Shown piece by piece: positions 46,267-56,381 of a stretch of DNA of 64,000 bases. Position numbers and translations under genes: made by a program. Source of the DNA: Myxococcales bacterium (lineage in GTDB: Bacteria > Desulfobacterota > Binatia > HRBIN30); contig JBBILD010000001.1 of NCBI GenBank assembly GCA_037445065.1, positions 56,716-120,715 on the forward strand, read 5' to 3'. Under the pieces are notes generated by a model, which did not search any database, was not told the origin of the DNA, and saw only the letters and a program-made list of their open reading frames with translations. Numbering within the stretch: position 1 is the stretch's first letter; the number at the start of each line of letters is the position of its first letter.

Positions 46267-47554
46267 GGTGCGGATTCCGAGCCTAGGCGAATCGATTACG
46301 GAGGGGGTCATCGTTCGCTGGATCAAACAAGAGGGCGAAGAGGTGCGGGCGGATGAACCGCTCCTCGAGTTGGAGACAGAAAAAGCGAGTGTTGAAATTC
46401 CTGCCGCCGCAACGGGACGGCTGCGCGTTTTGAAGGCCGCCGGAACCACTGTGCGTGTAGGCGAGGTTGTGGCCATGATCGAGACCGAGGCCGCCCACGC
46501 TGCTCGGTCGGTTGGCGCGCGGCAGGCGGCCCCTGAGAAACAGCGTGCTCCCTCCCTCACGTCACCGGCAGCGCCGCAAGAGCGCCCGGAAAAACCGGCA
46601 GCAACAAGCGAAGCGCTGCCTCCATTGAGCCCCGCAGTGCGGAGGCTTGTCGAAGAGCACGGCCTCGATGCGAGCACGATCCCAGGCACGGGCAAAGGTG
46701 GGAGGTTGACGAAAGCAGACGTTCTGGCGCGCTTAGAGGAATTGCAGCGAGAGGCGTCTTCAAGTGCCTCACAGCCGGCCCCGGGAGGGGCGGCCGAGCC
46801 GTTGGGCGGCACTCCGCGCGCGGCCGAGGAACCCATCGTTCGGCCCCCGGAGGAGCGCAAGGAGCGGCGCGTTCCCATGACCCCGTTGCGCCGCAGGATT
46901 GCGGAACGCCTGGTCCAGGCTCAGCGTACGGCGGCGATTTTGACCACGTTCAACGAAGTGGACATGAGCGCGGTACTCGAACTGCGGGCGCGATACCGCG
47001 ACTCGTTCCAGAAACGGCACGGAATTGGTCTGGGCCTGATGTCTTTCTTTGCCAAGGCGTGTGTCGCGGCCCTGCAGGAAATTCCGGTGGTGAATGCCTT
47101 TATTGACGACGAGGACATCGTATACCACGACTACGTTCACCTGGGGATCGCAGTTGCCACCACGCGCGGGTTGGTGGTGCCGGTGATTCGCCACGCCGAG
47201 CGGCGATCGTTTGCAGAGATCGAACAGGAAATCGAACGCTTGGCAGGACTTGCCCGGGAGGGCAAACTCGGCATCGAGGATGTTTCTGGAGGCACGTTTA
47301 CGATTACAAACGGTGGGGTGTTCGGGTCTTTGCTGTCCACCCCGATTCTCAACCCGCCTCAGAGCGGCATTTTGGGCATGCACAAGATCGAGAAACGACC
47401 TGTCGTGGTGAACGATCAAATCGTAGTTCGGCCGATGATGTATGTTGCGCTTTCGTACGATCATCGCTTGGTGGATGGAGAGCAAGCGGTCACCTTCCTG
47501 GTACGGGTGAAGGAGCGAATCGAAGACCCTTCGCGCCTCCTGCTCGATCTGTGA
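46256..47554 (+). CDS. sucB: Dihydrolipoamide succinyltransferase E2
   Basis: Lipoyl domain ETEKA, E3-binding SPAVRRL...[17 protein letters not shown] and SYDHRLVDG. Confidence 0.97.
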   Translation: MAVEVRIPSLGESITEGVIVRWIKQEGEEVRADEPLLELETEKASVEIPAAATGRLRVLKAAGTTVRVGEVVAMIETEAAHAARSVGARQAAPEKQRAPSLTSPAAPQERPEKPAATSEALPPLSPAVRRLVEEHGLDASTIPGTGKGGRLTKADVLARLEELQREASSSASQPAPGGAAEPLGGTPRAAEEPIVRPPEERKERRVPMTPLRRRIAERLVQAQRTAAILTTFNEVDMSAVLELRARYRDSFQKRHGIGLGLMSFFAKACVAALQEIPVVNAFIDDEDIVYHDYVHLGIAVATTRGLVVPVIRHAERRSFAEIEQEIERLAGLAREGKLGIEDVSGGTFTITNGGVFGSLLSTPILNPPQSGILGMHKIEKRPVVVNDQIVVRPMMYVALSYDHRLVDGEQAVTFLVRVKERIEDPSRLLLDL

Positions 47555-47613
47555 AGAGCGTGGCGGACTCGCGGCCGAACATCTGAGGAGCCAGGCGGAG
47601 AGAGGAGTGAGGA

Positions 47614-49032
47614 ATGCCAGCAGACTCTGGTATGCCTACAGGAGTGTTTGACCTCGTCGTGATTGGCGCAGGGCCGGGGGGATACATTGCCGCGATTCGA
47701 GCGGCACAGCTCGGGATGAAAGTGGCTTGCGTCGAGAAGGAAGCTGCGCTCGGTGGCACATGTCTCAACATCGGGTGCATCCCGAGCAAAGCCTTGCTTG
47801 ACTCGAGCGAGCATTACTACGCTGCGCGGACCGAGTTTGCGGCGCACGGCATTCGGGTCAACACGGTCTCGCTCGATTTAGCCGCGATGATGACGCGCAA
47901 AGAACGCGTGGTGAAAACCCTTACGCAAGGCATTGCGGGGTTGTTCAAAAAACATGGAATCGAGCGGATTACCGGTATCGGTCGCATCGCGGCTCCAGGC
48001 GAGGTTCAGGTCCAGGGCGAAAAAGCGGAACAGCGCTTGCGCGCAAAGAGAATTTTGATTGCGACCGGAAGTGTCCCTGCCGCGCTTCCGGGCGTACCTT
48101 TCGATGGACAGAAGATCCTGTCATCCACGGAGGCCTTGTCCCTCCGCTCGGTGCCGAAGCGATTGCTGGTCGTCGGTGCAGGCGCGGTCGGGCTCGAGTT
48201 GGGGTCGGTCTGGGCCCGTTTGGGAAGCGAGGTTCTCGTAGTCGAACTGCTCCCGCGGATTGTGCCCGGGATGGATCGCGGTCTCGCGGAACTGTTGCAA
48301 AAGTCGTTGCAGAAGCAGGGGCTCAAATTCGAACTCGAGACGACGGTGCGCAAGGCCGAGGTGCAAGCGGACGGAGTACGCGTAACCGTGGAGCGGCAAG
48401 GGCAGCAGCGGGAAGTCTCGGTGGATTGCGTTCTTGTGGCGGTTGGTCGCAAACCGTTTACCGAGGGATTAGGACTCGAGGCGCTGGGAGTTGTGTGTGA
48501 CAGAGCGGGGCGGATTCAGGTGAACCAAGATTACGAAACCACGGTGCGCGGCATTTACGCGATCGGAGATGTCATTCCCGGCCCCATGCTAGCGCACAAG
48601 GCGGAAGAAGAAGGAGTTGCGGCTGTGGAGCGGATGTGTGGCATCGCCGGCCACGTCAATTACAACGCGATTCCCAACGTCGTGTATACGAACCCCGAGC
48701 TGGCCGGCGTGGGGCAGACGGAGGAAGAGGCCCGCGCCGCGGGTTTGGACGTGCGCGTGGGCGTGTTTCCTTTCCTTGCAAACGGGCGGGCACGCTGCCT
48801 CGGAAATCCAGAGGGGCAAGTGAAAGTGGTTGCCGATGTTCGGACCGATCGAATCCTAGGGGTTCACATACTCGGCCCACGGGCTTCGGACTTGATTGCG
48901 GAGGCGGTTCTGGCGATCGAGTTTGGCGCGAGCGCCGAGGATTTGGCTCGAACCTGCCATGCACACCCAACTCTTCCGGAAGCCCTCAAAGAAGCTGCAC
49001 TCGCTGTTGCGGGGCGTCCATTGAATCTTTGA
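47614..49032 (+). CDS. lpdA: Dihydrolipoamide dehydrogenase E3
   Basis: GAGPGG, GGTCLNIGCIPSK, MLAHKA and HAHPTLPE. Confidence 0.97.
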   Translation: MPADSGMPTGVFDLVVIGAGPGGYIAAIRAAQLGMKVACVEKEAALGGTCLNIGCIPSKALLDSSEHYYAARTEFAAHGIRVNTVSLDLAAMMTRKERVVKTLTQGIAGLFKKHGIERITGIGRIAAPGEVQVQGEKAEQRLRAKRILIATGSVPAALPGVPFDGQKILSSTEALSLRSVPKRLLVVGAGAVGLELGSVWARLGSEVLVVELLPRIVPGMDRGLAELLQKSLQKQGLKFELETTVRKAEVQADGVRVTVERQGQQREVSVDCVLVAVGRKPFTEGLGLEALGVVCDRAGRIQVNQDYETTVRGIYAIGDVIPGPMLAHKAEEEGVAAVERMCGIAGHVNYNAIPNVVYTNPELAGVGQTEEEARAAGLDVRVGVFPFLANGRARCLGNPEGQVKVVADVRTDRILGVHILGPRASDLIAEAVLAIEFGASAEDLARTCHAHPTLPEALKEAALAVAGRPLNL

Positions 49033-49208
49033 GGAGGCGCGTGCCTTCACCCTCAACGATGGAGGGTGGGGCCCGCAGAGCAGGGTGCACTTTGGAAACC
49101 CGCCGATAGGCGTTTGTCGGAACCCGCGCGCCGGTTGCCATTCGGCTGCAAGCTGCAAACAAAGGGAAGGCTCACTCGGGAGTTTGTGGTTCAAAGAGGG
49201 ACGCAGGC

Positions 49209-50513
49209 ATGAGCGCAAAACACCTTGCTGTTCTGGTGGGCGGCGGCCCCGCCCCGGGAATCAACAGTGTGATTGGAGCAGCTACGATCCGAGCCCAGTT
49301 AGAAGGGGTGCCGGTGCTGGGCGTTCGCGACGGGTTCGAGCACATCATGCAAGGACGCACCGACCAGGTAGTACCGCTCACCATTGAAAAAGTGAGTCGG
49401 GTACATTTTCGCGGAGGATCCATCATTGGGATCTCGCGCGCCAACCCGACTAAAAGTGCAGATCTTCTCGAGCGGTGCGTGCGCACGTTGTTGCAACTGA
49501 ACGTGAACTCGCTGATCACGATCGGCGGAGATGACACAGCCTACTCCGCGATGCGCCTGGCGCAGCAGTCCGCTGGCCGTCTGCGTGTGGTGCACGTGCC
49601 GAAGACCATTGACAACGACTTGGATCTGCCACCTCACGTGGACACGTTCGGCTTTCAGACGGCCCGCCACGTCGGTGTCGAACTGGTGAAAAACCTCATG
49701 GTCGACGCCTACACGACCTCGCGCTGGTACATTGTGGTCACCATGGGCCGCAAAGCTGGACACTTGGCCTTAGGAATCGGCAAAGCGGCGGGAGCAACGC
49801 TGACCTTGATCCTCGAGGAGTTCCTGGGTCGGCCGGTGCGTTTGCAGCATGTCACCGACATATTGGTTACAGCGATCCTCAAACGCTTGGCCGACGGCCG
49901 GCGCGACGGAGTGGCAGTGGTGGCGGAAGGGGTGGTACTCGATATGGCCCCGGAGGACATCCAAGGGCTCGAAAACGTCGAGCGCGATGAACACGGCAAC
50001 GTCCGTTTGGCTGAGATCGATCTGGGCGAGATTCTCAAGAGAGCGGTCACCGCTCAGCTCCGGGCGATGGGAATCAAATTAACCGTTCAGGCCAAAAACA
50101 TTGGCTATGAATTGCGTTGCGCCGATCCGATTCCGTACGACATGGAATACACGCGGGACCTTGGTTACTGCGCCGCAAAATACTTGCTCGAAGGGGGTGA
50201 TCAGGTGATGGTTTCTCTTCAGGGCGGGCAGTTCGTTCCGATTCCGTTTACCCAGCTTCTCGACCCGAACACTGGGCGTGCGCGAGTGCGCCTCGTTGAT
50301 ATTTTTTCCACCCGCTACGCGATTGCACGGCGGTACATGATCCGACTGCGCAGGGATGATTTCGAACGGCCGCAGGAAATCGAGCGCTTTGCACGTGTCG
50401 CGGGTATGACGGCGGAGGAGTTTCGGCGCCGGTACGAGTACTTGGTCGATCTCGAACCGCCCCCTCTCGTCCTACCCAAAGCGAGCTGGGGTGGGGCGGG
50501 TCCGGTGCTTTAG
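49209..50513 (+). CDS. pfp: Pyrophosphate-dependent phosphofructokinase
   Basis: GGGPAPGIN, IGGDDT (Asp typical of PPi use), PKTIDND, MGRKAGH and GYELRC. Confidence 0.9.
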   Translation: MSAKHLAVLVGGGPAPGINSVIGAATIRAQLEGVPVLGVRDGFEHIMQGRTDQVVPLTIEKVSRVHFRGGSIIGISRANPTKSADLLERCVRTLLQLNVNSLITIGGDDTAYSAMRLAQQSAGRLRVVHVPKTIDNDLDLPPHVDTFGFQTARHVGVELVKNLMVDAYTTSRWYIVVTMGRKAGHLALGIGKAAGATLTLILEEFLGRPVRLQHVTDILVTAILKRLADGRRDGVAVVAEGVVLDMAPEDIQGLENVERDEHGNVRLAEIDLGEILKRAVTAQLRAMGIKLTVQAKNIGYELRCADPIPYDMEYTRDLGYCAAKYLLEGGDQVMVSLQGGQFVPIPFTQLLDPNTGRARVRLVDIFSTRYAIARRYMIRLRRDDFERPQEIERFARVAGMTAEEFRRRYEYLVDLEPPPLVLPKASWGGAGPVL

Positions 50514-50537
50514 CGCGGAGGACGAGCGGCCCAAACT

Positions 50538-50870
50538 TCAAGCGAGTTTGAAGCCCAGCGTAAATCCGGCCGTAAAAGCGGCGCCAAATGGCAGATTGCT
50601 GGTGAGAATCTCCCAAGCCCGTTGGAGCCAGGAAGAGCCGCCGCCCTCGTTCCAGAGATGCTGCGCGGATTCTTGAACCGCACCCCAGTGAATCGTAATC
50701 CAACCCTCGTGGGCCAAGATTTGAAGGGTGAAAAAGAGCAGACCGAGAAGTAGCGCCAGCAGACGGGTGATTTTCTTTGCAGCGTAACCCGCTGCAAAGC
50801 CAGCGAGCCCCCCGAAGCCCAACTGGGCTGGCGGCAAGAAGGTCGTGAGTGCCGTCCACGGAGGTTCCAC
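50538..50870 (-). CDS. FUN14-family small membrane protein
   Basis: QLGFGGLAGFAAGYAAKK...GWITIHW...FTAGFTLGF pattern. Confidence 0.8.
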   Translation of the reverse strand: MEPPWTALTTFLPPAQLGFGGLAGFAAGYAAKKITRLLALLLGLLFFTLQILAHEGWITIHWGAVQESAQHLWNEGGGSSWLQRAWEILTSNLPFGAAFTAGFTLGFKLA

Positions 50871-50927
50871 CGGCGTGCTACCTCGTCGCGGTGCAGGAAC
50901 GGCAGGTCATCCCGACTCGAGGTCCAG

Positions 50928-51395
50928 CTACGGAGCCGTGCCTCCCTCGCCCGCGGATACAGGTGGCCGAGCTGTTTGGGGCAGAGTTGCGCTTCGCCAC
51001 GAATCCACCGGTTCCCGCTGCCACGCGGCGAACAAGAGAACTCCGGCGCAGAGTAAGTCGAGCCCCAAAAACGCCCAACCTGGTAGTCCTGGATTCCCTT
51101 CTAGAGCAAAACCCAGCGCTCTACCCCCCGCTAGCCCCAGCCATAGACTGCCAAGGAAAACCAGCAGGAGCCGGGCTTCGCTCCCCTTCCAAATGGCGTA
51201 CAAGTTCCACAGTCCAGCCATCAGAAACAGCCCTCCGTAGACGGCTCGGATTTCTGCCAGCACCGCGCTTCGGCTCGTCTCGCTGGCCGGCGTGAGCGCG
51301 AGTACGCCCATCAACCGTTCCGGGTAGGCCAACGCCCCCAAGCCGAAAAGAACGGTTGCCACTCCCACCCACGTTGCACCCATTCGTGCAGACAC
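50928..51395 (-). CDS. DUF4345-like membrane protein
   Basis: EIRAVYGG motif, 4 TMs, GRALG. AGGAGG RBS before the GTG start. Confidence 0.7.
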   Translation of the reverse strand: MSARMGATWVGVATVLFGLGALAYPERLMGVLALTPASETSRSAVLAEIRAVYGGLFLMAGLWNLYAIWKGSEARLLLVFLGSLWLGLAGGRALGFALEGNPGLPGWAFLGLDLLCAGVLLFAAWQREPVDSWRSATLPQTARPPVSAGEGGTAP

Positions 51396-51440
51396 GTTTT
51401 CCTCCTTTGTTGTCGGATTCTCCGCGGCCGCCCAACCCCT

Positions 51441-52430
51441 TCATCCCACCACACGCCCCAGCGCTTGGCGATAGCTTGTTTCCACGTACGCACGTTGAAA
51501 GCTTCGGTTCGCGCGAAGTGCGCGATGAAGTCGCGACAAGTTGTAATGAGGAACTCCGGGATAAAGGTGGTGCTCCAGATGAAAGGCCACGTGATGGGGG
51601 GCCAGGAAGAAACGCGCCAACGGATTGCGGGAAATCACGGTGCGGGCATTGCGCAACGGGTCTTCCCGGTCGGGCACCGCCGCATGTTCTAGGACGCCAC
51701 GAACCCGGAGAATCACCTGGTACACAGTGAGAAGGGGGAGAACCCACAAGATCAGAAACGCAGGCCCGTACCCTGCCCACAGCAGGCCGGCGATGGCCGC
51801 ACCACCTGCGAGCCGCTTGGCCGTGTTTGCCCCGTCCCATTGGCGGAGAAGCCTTCCCGCGCGCGGCCGCATACGCCCGCTCACCCGATCCACAACCAAG
51901 TATCCTCGCATCACAAGCGCAGAGATGCCCACGGCGTCCCGCAAAAGCTTACGGCGCCAACTGGCCCGCCCGCATGGGAACGGGAGTGAAAGGGACAGAT
52001 CAGGATCCTCAGCCGTGAGTAAGTACTTGTGATGGCGCAAATGCACCGTACGGTAGGCAAGCAAGTGGCTGGCAATCGGTTGTGCGCAAAGCCAGTGCCC
52101 CACCCAATCGTTCCAACGTCGGCTAGGTAAGAGCCGGAAGTGTGCCGCATCATGCATCAGCACAGCGAGTGCATGTTGGCAGCGACCGATCACCAGCATC
52201 GCAAGCCCCCAGATCACAGGATGGGGCAGCGAGACAGCGGTTAGCAATGTGGCCGCGATCAGTCCCCAGGTAGAAATCAGGGACAAACCCGAGCGGAGCC
52301 AACTCACTTCTTGAAGGGATCGGAGGACCTCTGCCGGGAGCCGTAAGGACACAGTAGGCTCAGCAGCCTCCCAACCAGCGCTGTCATGCAGAACAGGGCT
52401 CGGGGTTGGCTTCTCCATCCCTGTCTCCAT
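51441..52430 (-). CDS. Membrane fatty-acid desaturase family protein
   Basis: His boxes HDAAH, HLRHH, EH and HLEHH. Confidence 0.88.
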   Translation of the reverse strand: METGMEKPTPSPVLHDSAGWEAAEPTVSLRLPAEVLRSLQEVSWLRSGLSLISTWGLIAATLLTAVSLPHPVIWGLAMLVIGRCQHALAVLMHDAAHFRLLPSRRWNDWVGHWLCAQPIASHLLAYRTVHLRHHKYLLTAEDPDLSLSLPFPCGRASWRRKLLRDAVGISALVMRGYLVVDRVSGRMRPRAGRLLRQWDGANTAKRLAGGAAIAGLLWAGYGPAFLILWVLPLLTVYQVILRVRGVLEHAAVPDREDPLRNARTVISRNPLARFFLAPHHVAFHLEHHLYPGVPHYNLSRLHRALRANRSFQRAYVETSYRQALGRVVG

Positions 52431-52530
52431 GGTCACTTCCCATAGCATTAGGCTCTTGTCAAAAGGAAGCTGCCGGGTGCGGCGAGGTGGAGTCTGCACC
52501 TGGTGCGCACGGCAATTGCAGGAGGCCAAC

Positions 52531-53763
52531 ATGATCGAGTGGAGCGAGCAGCATCGAATGATTCAGGACATGGTGCGGCGTTTTGTAGAGGCTGAAGTTG
52601 TGCCGCGGCTCAAAGACCTCGAGCACGGTGACCTGCCTCCCTACGAGATCATGCGCAAACTCGCGCAGCAGTTTGGGATCGCGGAAGCGGCACGCGCTCG
52701 TTACGAGGCGCAAAAAGCGCGCGCCCTTAGGGGAGAAACCGATCCGGGCCGCGAGTCGCGTGGTGGGCAGGCCGCCGCGGATGCTTTGGCAATGCAGATC
52801 ATTCCGGTGATCGAATTGTCGAAATACTGCCCGGGACTTGTGACCGCGATGGGGGTCAGCATGGGCCTGACCGCGGGCGCAATCATGAGCCGTGGCACAT
52901 GGGCACAAAAAGACCGCTGGGCGCTTCCGTTGTTGACCCTCGAAAAGATCGGTGCGTGGGCTATCACCGAGCCTGGTTCTGGGTCTGACGCGTTTGGTGG
53001 CATGAAATCCACAGCACGACGCGAACGGGACGGTTACGTTCTGAACGGGCAGAAAACGTTCATTACAAACGGGCCGTACGCGGACACGATCGTGTTCATT
53101 TGTAAACTGGATGACGGGGTGACACCGCCGCGCGACCGCAAAATCGTCGCGTTTATCCTCGACAAGGGGATGGATGGGCTGATCCAGTCCAAGCCGTTGC
53201 GCAAGATGGGCCTCCATTCGTCACCAACCGGAGAGTTGTTCCTGGATAACGTCCGCGTCGGGCGAGAACGGTTGTTGGGGGAAAACGAAGACGCGTATGG
53301 CGGACGCTCCGGGGCAAAGGCGACTTTTGGAGCGGAACGTAGTGGCGTAGTTGCCATGGCTTACGGCATCGTGGAACGTTGCATTCAGCTTTGCACGGAA
53401 TACGCCCGAAATCGGGTTCAGTTCGGGCGCCCGATTGGGGAGTTCCAGTTGATTCAGCTGAAGCTTGCGAAAATGTACGTTGCGCGGATGAACATCCGGA
53501 ACATGCTTTTCCGCCAAATCGAGCTGGCAGCTCAAGGGAAATCCCTCAGCTTCGCTGAGGCATCGGCAAACAAGCTGTATGCTGCCCAAGCAACCATGGA
53601 AGTGACGCTAGAGGCGGTGCAGTTGTTTGGCGGGAACGGGTACATGGCCGAATACGGCGTCGAACAGCTTTGTCGCGACGCGAAGGTGCTGCAGATATAC
53701 GGAGGCACGGACGAAATTCAGATTTCCCAGATCGCCCGCTCCATGCTGAAGGGCGAGGCGTAA
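52531..53763 (+). CDS. Acyl-CoA dehydrogenase
   Basis: AITEPGSGSD, LNGQKTFITNG, RVQFGRPIGEFQLIQ, GGNGY and IYGGTDEIQ. Confidence 0.95.
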   Translation: MIEWSEQHRMIQDMVRRFVEAEVVPRLKDLEHGDLPPYEIMRKLAQQFGIAEAARARYEAQKARALRGETDPGRESRGGQAAADALAMQIIPVIELSKYCPGLVTAMGVSMGLTAGAIMSRGTWAQKDRWALPLLTLEKIGAWAITEPGSGSDAFGGMKSTARRERDGYVLNGQKTFITNGPYADTIVFICKLDDGVTPPRDRKIVAFILDKGMDGLIQSKPLRKMGLHSSPTGELFLDNVRVGRERLLGENEDAYGGRSGAKATFGAERSGVVAMAYGIVERCIQLCTEYARNRVQFGRPIGEFQLIQLKLAKMYVARMNIRNMLFRQIELAAQGKSLSFAEASANKLYAAQATMEVTLEAVQLFGGNGYMAEYGVEQLCRDAKVLQIYGGTDEIQISQIARSMLKGEA

Positions 53764-53767
53764 GGAG

Positions 53768-54241
53768 ATGGTCATGTCCGAACCAAGCCGGTTCGATCAC
53801 TACGATGAGCGGATCGCGGAGGCGATGATCCGTGCAAACGCCGCGGCCACAGGTCTTCCTCAATATTTGGGAGTGCGCTTTCTCGAGTTCGGGCCGGGAA
53901 CTCTCGTGGCGGAGATGCCGGTTCGCGAGGAGCTGATCACCCCTGTAAGTGCCTTGCATGGGGGTGTGATGGCTGGCCTCGTGGATCACGTTTTGGGCTG
54001 CGTCTTGTATCCGTTGATGCGACCGGGCCAATGGGCAGCGACCACCGAGTTCAAGCTCAATTATCTCGCAGCGGTGCGAGGGGGGACCCTGCGTGCAGAG
54101 TCTCGCGTCATTTCCCTCACTCGCCGTACCGCTGTCGTGCAGGTGCACGTTTGGAACGAAGGCACGCTTGCTGCTCTCGCACAAGGAACACTGCTTGTGT
54201 CTGAACCACCGGGAAAAGCGGACAAAAGCAAAACTGCCTGA
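53768..54241 (+). CDS. PaaI-family hotdog thioesterase
   Basis: LHGGVMAGLVD and TEFKLNYL. Confidence 0.9.
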   Translation: MVMSEPSRFDHYDERIAEAMIRANAAATGLPQYLGVRFLEFGPGTLVAEMPVREELITPVSALHGGVMAGLVDHVLGCVLYPLMRPGQWAATTEFKLNYLAAVRGGTLRAESRVISLTRRTAVVQVHVWNEGTLAALAQGTLLVSEPPGKADKSKTA

Positions 54242-54385
54242 AGCCCTTGCTCGTTCGACGATCGGGTGGGAGGTTACGATGGGGCGTGATACGGCTGCAG
54301 CGCCGTTTGCCGCGCGAATCGGGCGCCGCGCACTTGTGCAGAGTTGCGGCGAGGCAGGTACGGCCAGCAAAATTGTCCCCGGGCC

Positions 54386-55066
54386 TTAGTCTCGTCGTAG
54401 CTCGTCAATGCGATCCCTGTGTGCGACGAACACCCGATGAGCCAAGCCAAGAAACAAACCGGTGCCAACGACGCCTGGGATGGCGCGCAGTGCTTGTTCG
54501 ACTTCGTATGGGTTCGCTAGCGGCGGGACCGCACAATCCAGAATGTGATTATACCCGTCGCTCAGAAACGGCCCATCACCGTGGCTCCGCAAGACTGGGT
54601 CGAAGCCGAGTGCCCGAATCCGTCGCCGGCAGAACCCGAGAGCGAAGGGCAGGACCTCCACCGGCAGGCGCCCGCGCTGTCCTAACTGGGTAACGAGCTT
54701 TTCGGCGCCGACCAGAATGATCACTTCCCGTGAGGCCGAGGCGACAACCTTCTCACGCACAAGCGCGCCTCCGTAGCCCTTGATGAGGTTGAGCTGTGGG
54801 TCGACTTCATCCGCGCCGTCCACGGTAAGGTCAATCGCGTCCACCTCGTCCAGGCTGGTGAGCGGAAGCTTGAGCTGACGCGCTAGGGCAGCGGTTGCTT
54901 CGGACGTGGGTACACACCGCAACGTTTCCGTAAGGTGGTTGCATTCAGCCAAGGCACGGACAAAGGCGCTGGCTGCACGCCCAGTGCCTAAACCAATGGT
55001 CATCCCTGTACGCACGAAGCCGACTGCGCGGCGCGCCAGCAGATCGAGTTGGTCATTTTGCGACAT
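54386..55066 (-). CDS. rpiA: Ribose-5-phosphate isomerase A
   Basis: IGLGTG, VDGADEVD, KGYGGALVREK and GVVGTGLF. Start could be 55084. Confidence 0.95.
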   Translation of the reverse strand: MSQNDQLDLLARRAVGFVRTGMTIGLGTGRAASAFVRALAECNHLTETLRCVPTSEATAALARQLKLPLTSLDEVDAIDLTVDGADEVDPQLNLIKGYGGALVREKVVASASREVIILVGAEKLVTQLGQRGRLPVEVLPFALGFCRRRIRALGFDPVLRSHGDGPFLSDGYNHILDCAVPPLANPYEVEQALRAIPGVVGTGLFLGLAHRVFVAHRDRIDELRRD

Positions 55067-55080
55067 GTTTGCGCTGTTTG

Positions 55081-56292
55081 TCAAATGATCCCTGCCTCCC
55101 GCAAGGCGCGCCGCTGATCCTCGTCGAGGCCAAGAAGGCCTCCATAGACCTCGTCGTTGTGTTCTCCTAAGCGCGGGGCACCGCTGCGGATCGCGCCCGG
55201 GCTTGCCGACAATCGCGGGTAGACACCTTGCATGCGGATGGGGCCTAGCACGGGGTCTTGGACAGTGACCAGGCTGCCTCGCGCGGCATAATGCGGGTCT
55301 GAAAAAATGTCTGCAATTGAGTAAATCCGCGAGACCGGGACTTGAGCTGCTACCAAGATTCGCTCGATTTCCCCGGCCGTGTGCTCACCGACCCACTGAC
55401 CGACGATCCGGTGGATCTCGTCCGCGTGTTCGACTCTAGCGGACAGGGTGGCAAAACGCGGATCCTCGGACAATTCTGGCCTGCCCATTGCACCCGCTAA
55501 GCGGCGGAACAATTCGTCACCGGCGGCGACAATGCAGATATACTGGCCGTCTTTCGTGCGCCAATTATCGAGCGGCGCGGAATTGGGCAAGCAATTCCCG
55601 GTTCGTTCGCGCACCTCTCCCAGCCGGTCGTACGCTGCAGCAGTGTATTCGAGCACGCGAAACACAGCCTCGTATAAGGCGGCATCAATGCATTGCCCAG
55701 GGCCTTGCCGGCAGTCGCGGTAATAAAGGGCGGTGACAATCGCGAACGCATTGAATACCCCAGTAAGGTAGTCCGCAATCAAGGTTCCCGGCCGCACCGG
55801 GGGGCGGTCCGGGAAGCCGGTAAGGTACAGGAGGCCGCCAAAGGCAATTGCAATGCGGTCGAGACCTGGTCTGGGGGCGTAAGGCCCATGCTGCCCGTAC
55901 ACGGAAACCCGTGCCAGGATCAAGCGAGGGTTGATTTGTCGTAACGTGTCGAAGTCGAGGTTCCACGACTCGAGGGTGCCGGGCTGAAAGTTTTCGACAA
56001 CGACGTCGGCGTGCGGAACTAATTGGCGGAACAATTCTTGCCCTTCAGGCCGGCGAAGGTCCAGCGTGATGGACTTCTTGCCGCGATTCTCCACCGCCCA
56101 CCAGAGAGAGTAACCACGTTCGAACGGGCCAATATGCCGCAAAAAATCACCACGGTCGGGGAGTTCGACTTTGATGACTTCCGCACCGAAGTCGGCGAGG
56201 AGGGTGGCGGCAAAGGGTGCGGCAATTCGGGTCCCGAGGTCCAAGATGCGGACGCCAGAAAGGGGACCTGGATTTTGTTCCCTCGCTTGCAT
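55081..56292 (-). CDS. Family III CoA-transferase (CaiB/BaiF)
   Basis: GPLSGVRILDL, DFGAEVIKVE, NRGKKSITLDL, ENFQPG and APRLGEH. Confidence 0.93.
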   Translation of the reverse strand: MQAREQNPGPLSGVRILDLGTRIAAPFAATLLADFGAEVIKVELPDRGDFLRHIGPFERGYSLWWAVENRGKKSITLDLRRPEGQELFRQLVPHADVVVENFQPGTLESWNLDFDTLRQINPRLILARVSVYGQHGPYAPRPGLDRIAIAFGGLLYLTGFPDRPPVRPGTLIADYLTGVFNAFAIVTALYYRDCRQGPGQCIDAALYEAVFRVLEYTAAAYDRLGEVRERTGNCLPNSAPLDNWRTKDGQYICIVAAGDELFRRLAGAMGRPELSEDPRFATLSARVEHADEIHRIVGQWVGEHTAGEIERILVAAQVPVSRIYSIADIFSDPHYAARGSLVTVQDPVLGPIRMQGVYPRLSASPGAIRSGAPRLGEHNDEVYGGLLGLDEDQRRALREAGII

Positions 56293-56381
56293 GCCGCGTT
56301 ACTGGCGCGAAGCGTGCGGCGCTGCAAGCCTGCCACCGCTCCTTGCGCTGGCCTCCAAGCGCGCCTTAGAATCGCGGTTCG

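Noticed and set aside
52503-52520. GCACGGCAATTGCA sigma-54-like element before the acyl-CoA dehydrogenase
   Set aside because: It has CG instead of the invariant GG at -24 and abuts the RBS.
50928-56292. Desaturase, acyl-CoA dehydrogenase, thioesterase and CoA-transferase as a biosynthetic cluster
   Set aside because: Orientations are mixed, rpiA interrupts the set, and there is no ACP, PKS or NRPS. These look like ordinary lipid metabolism genes.
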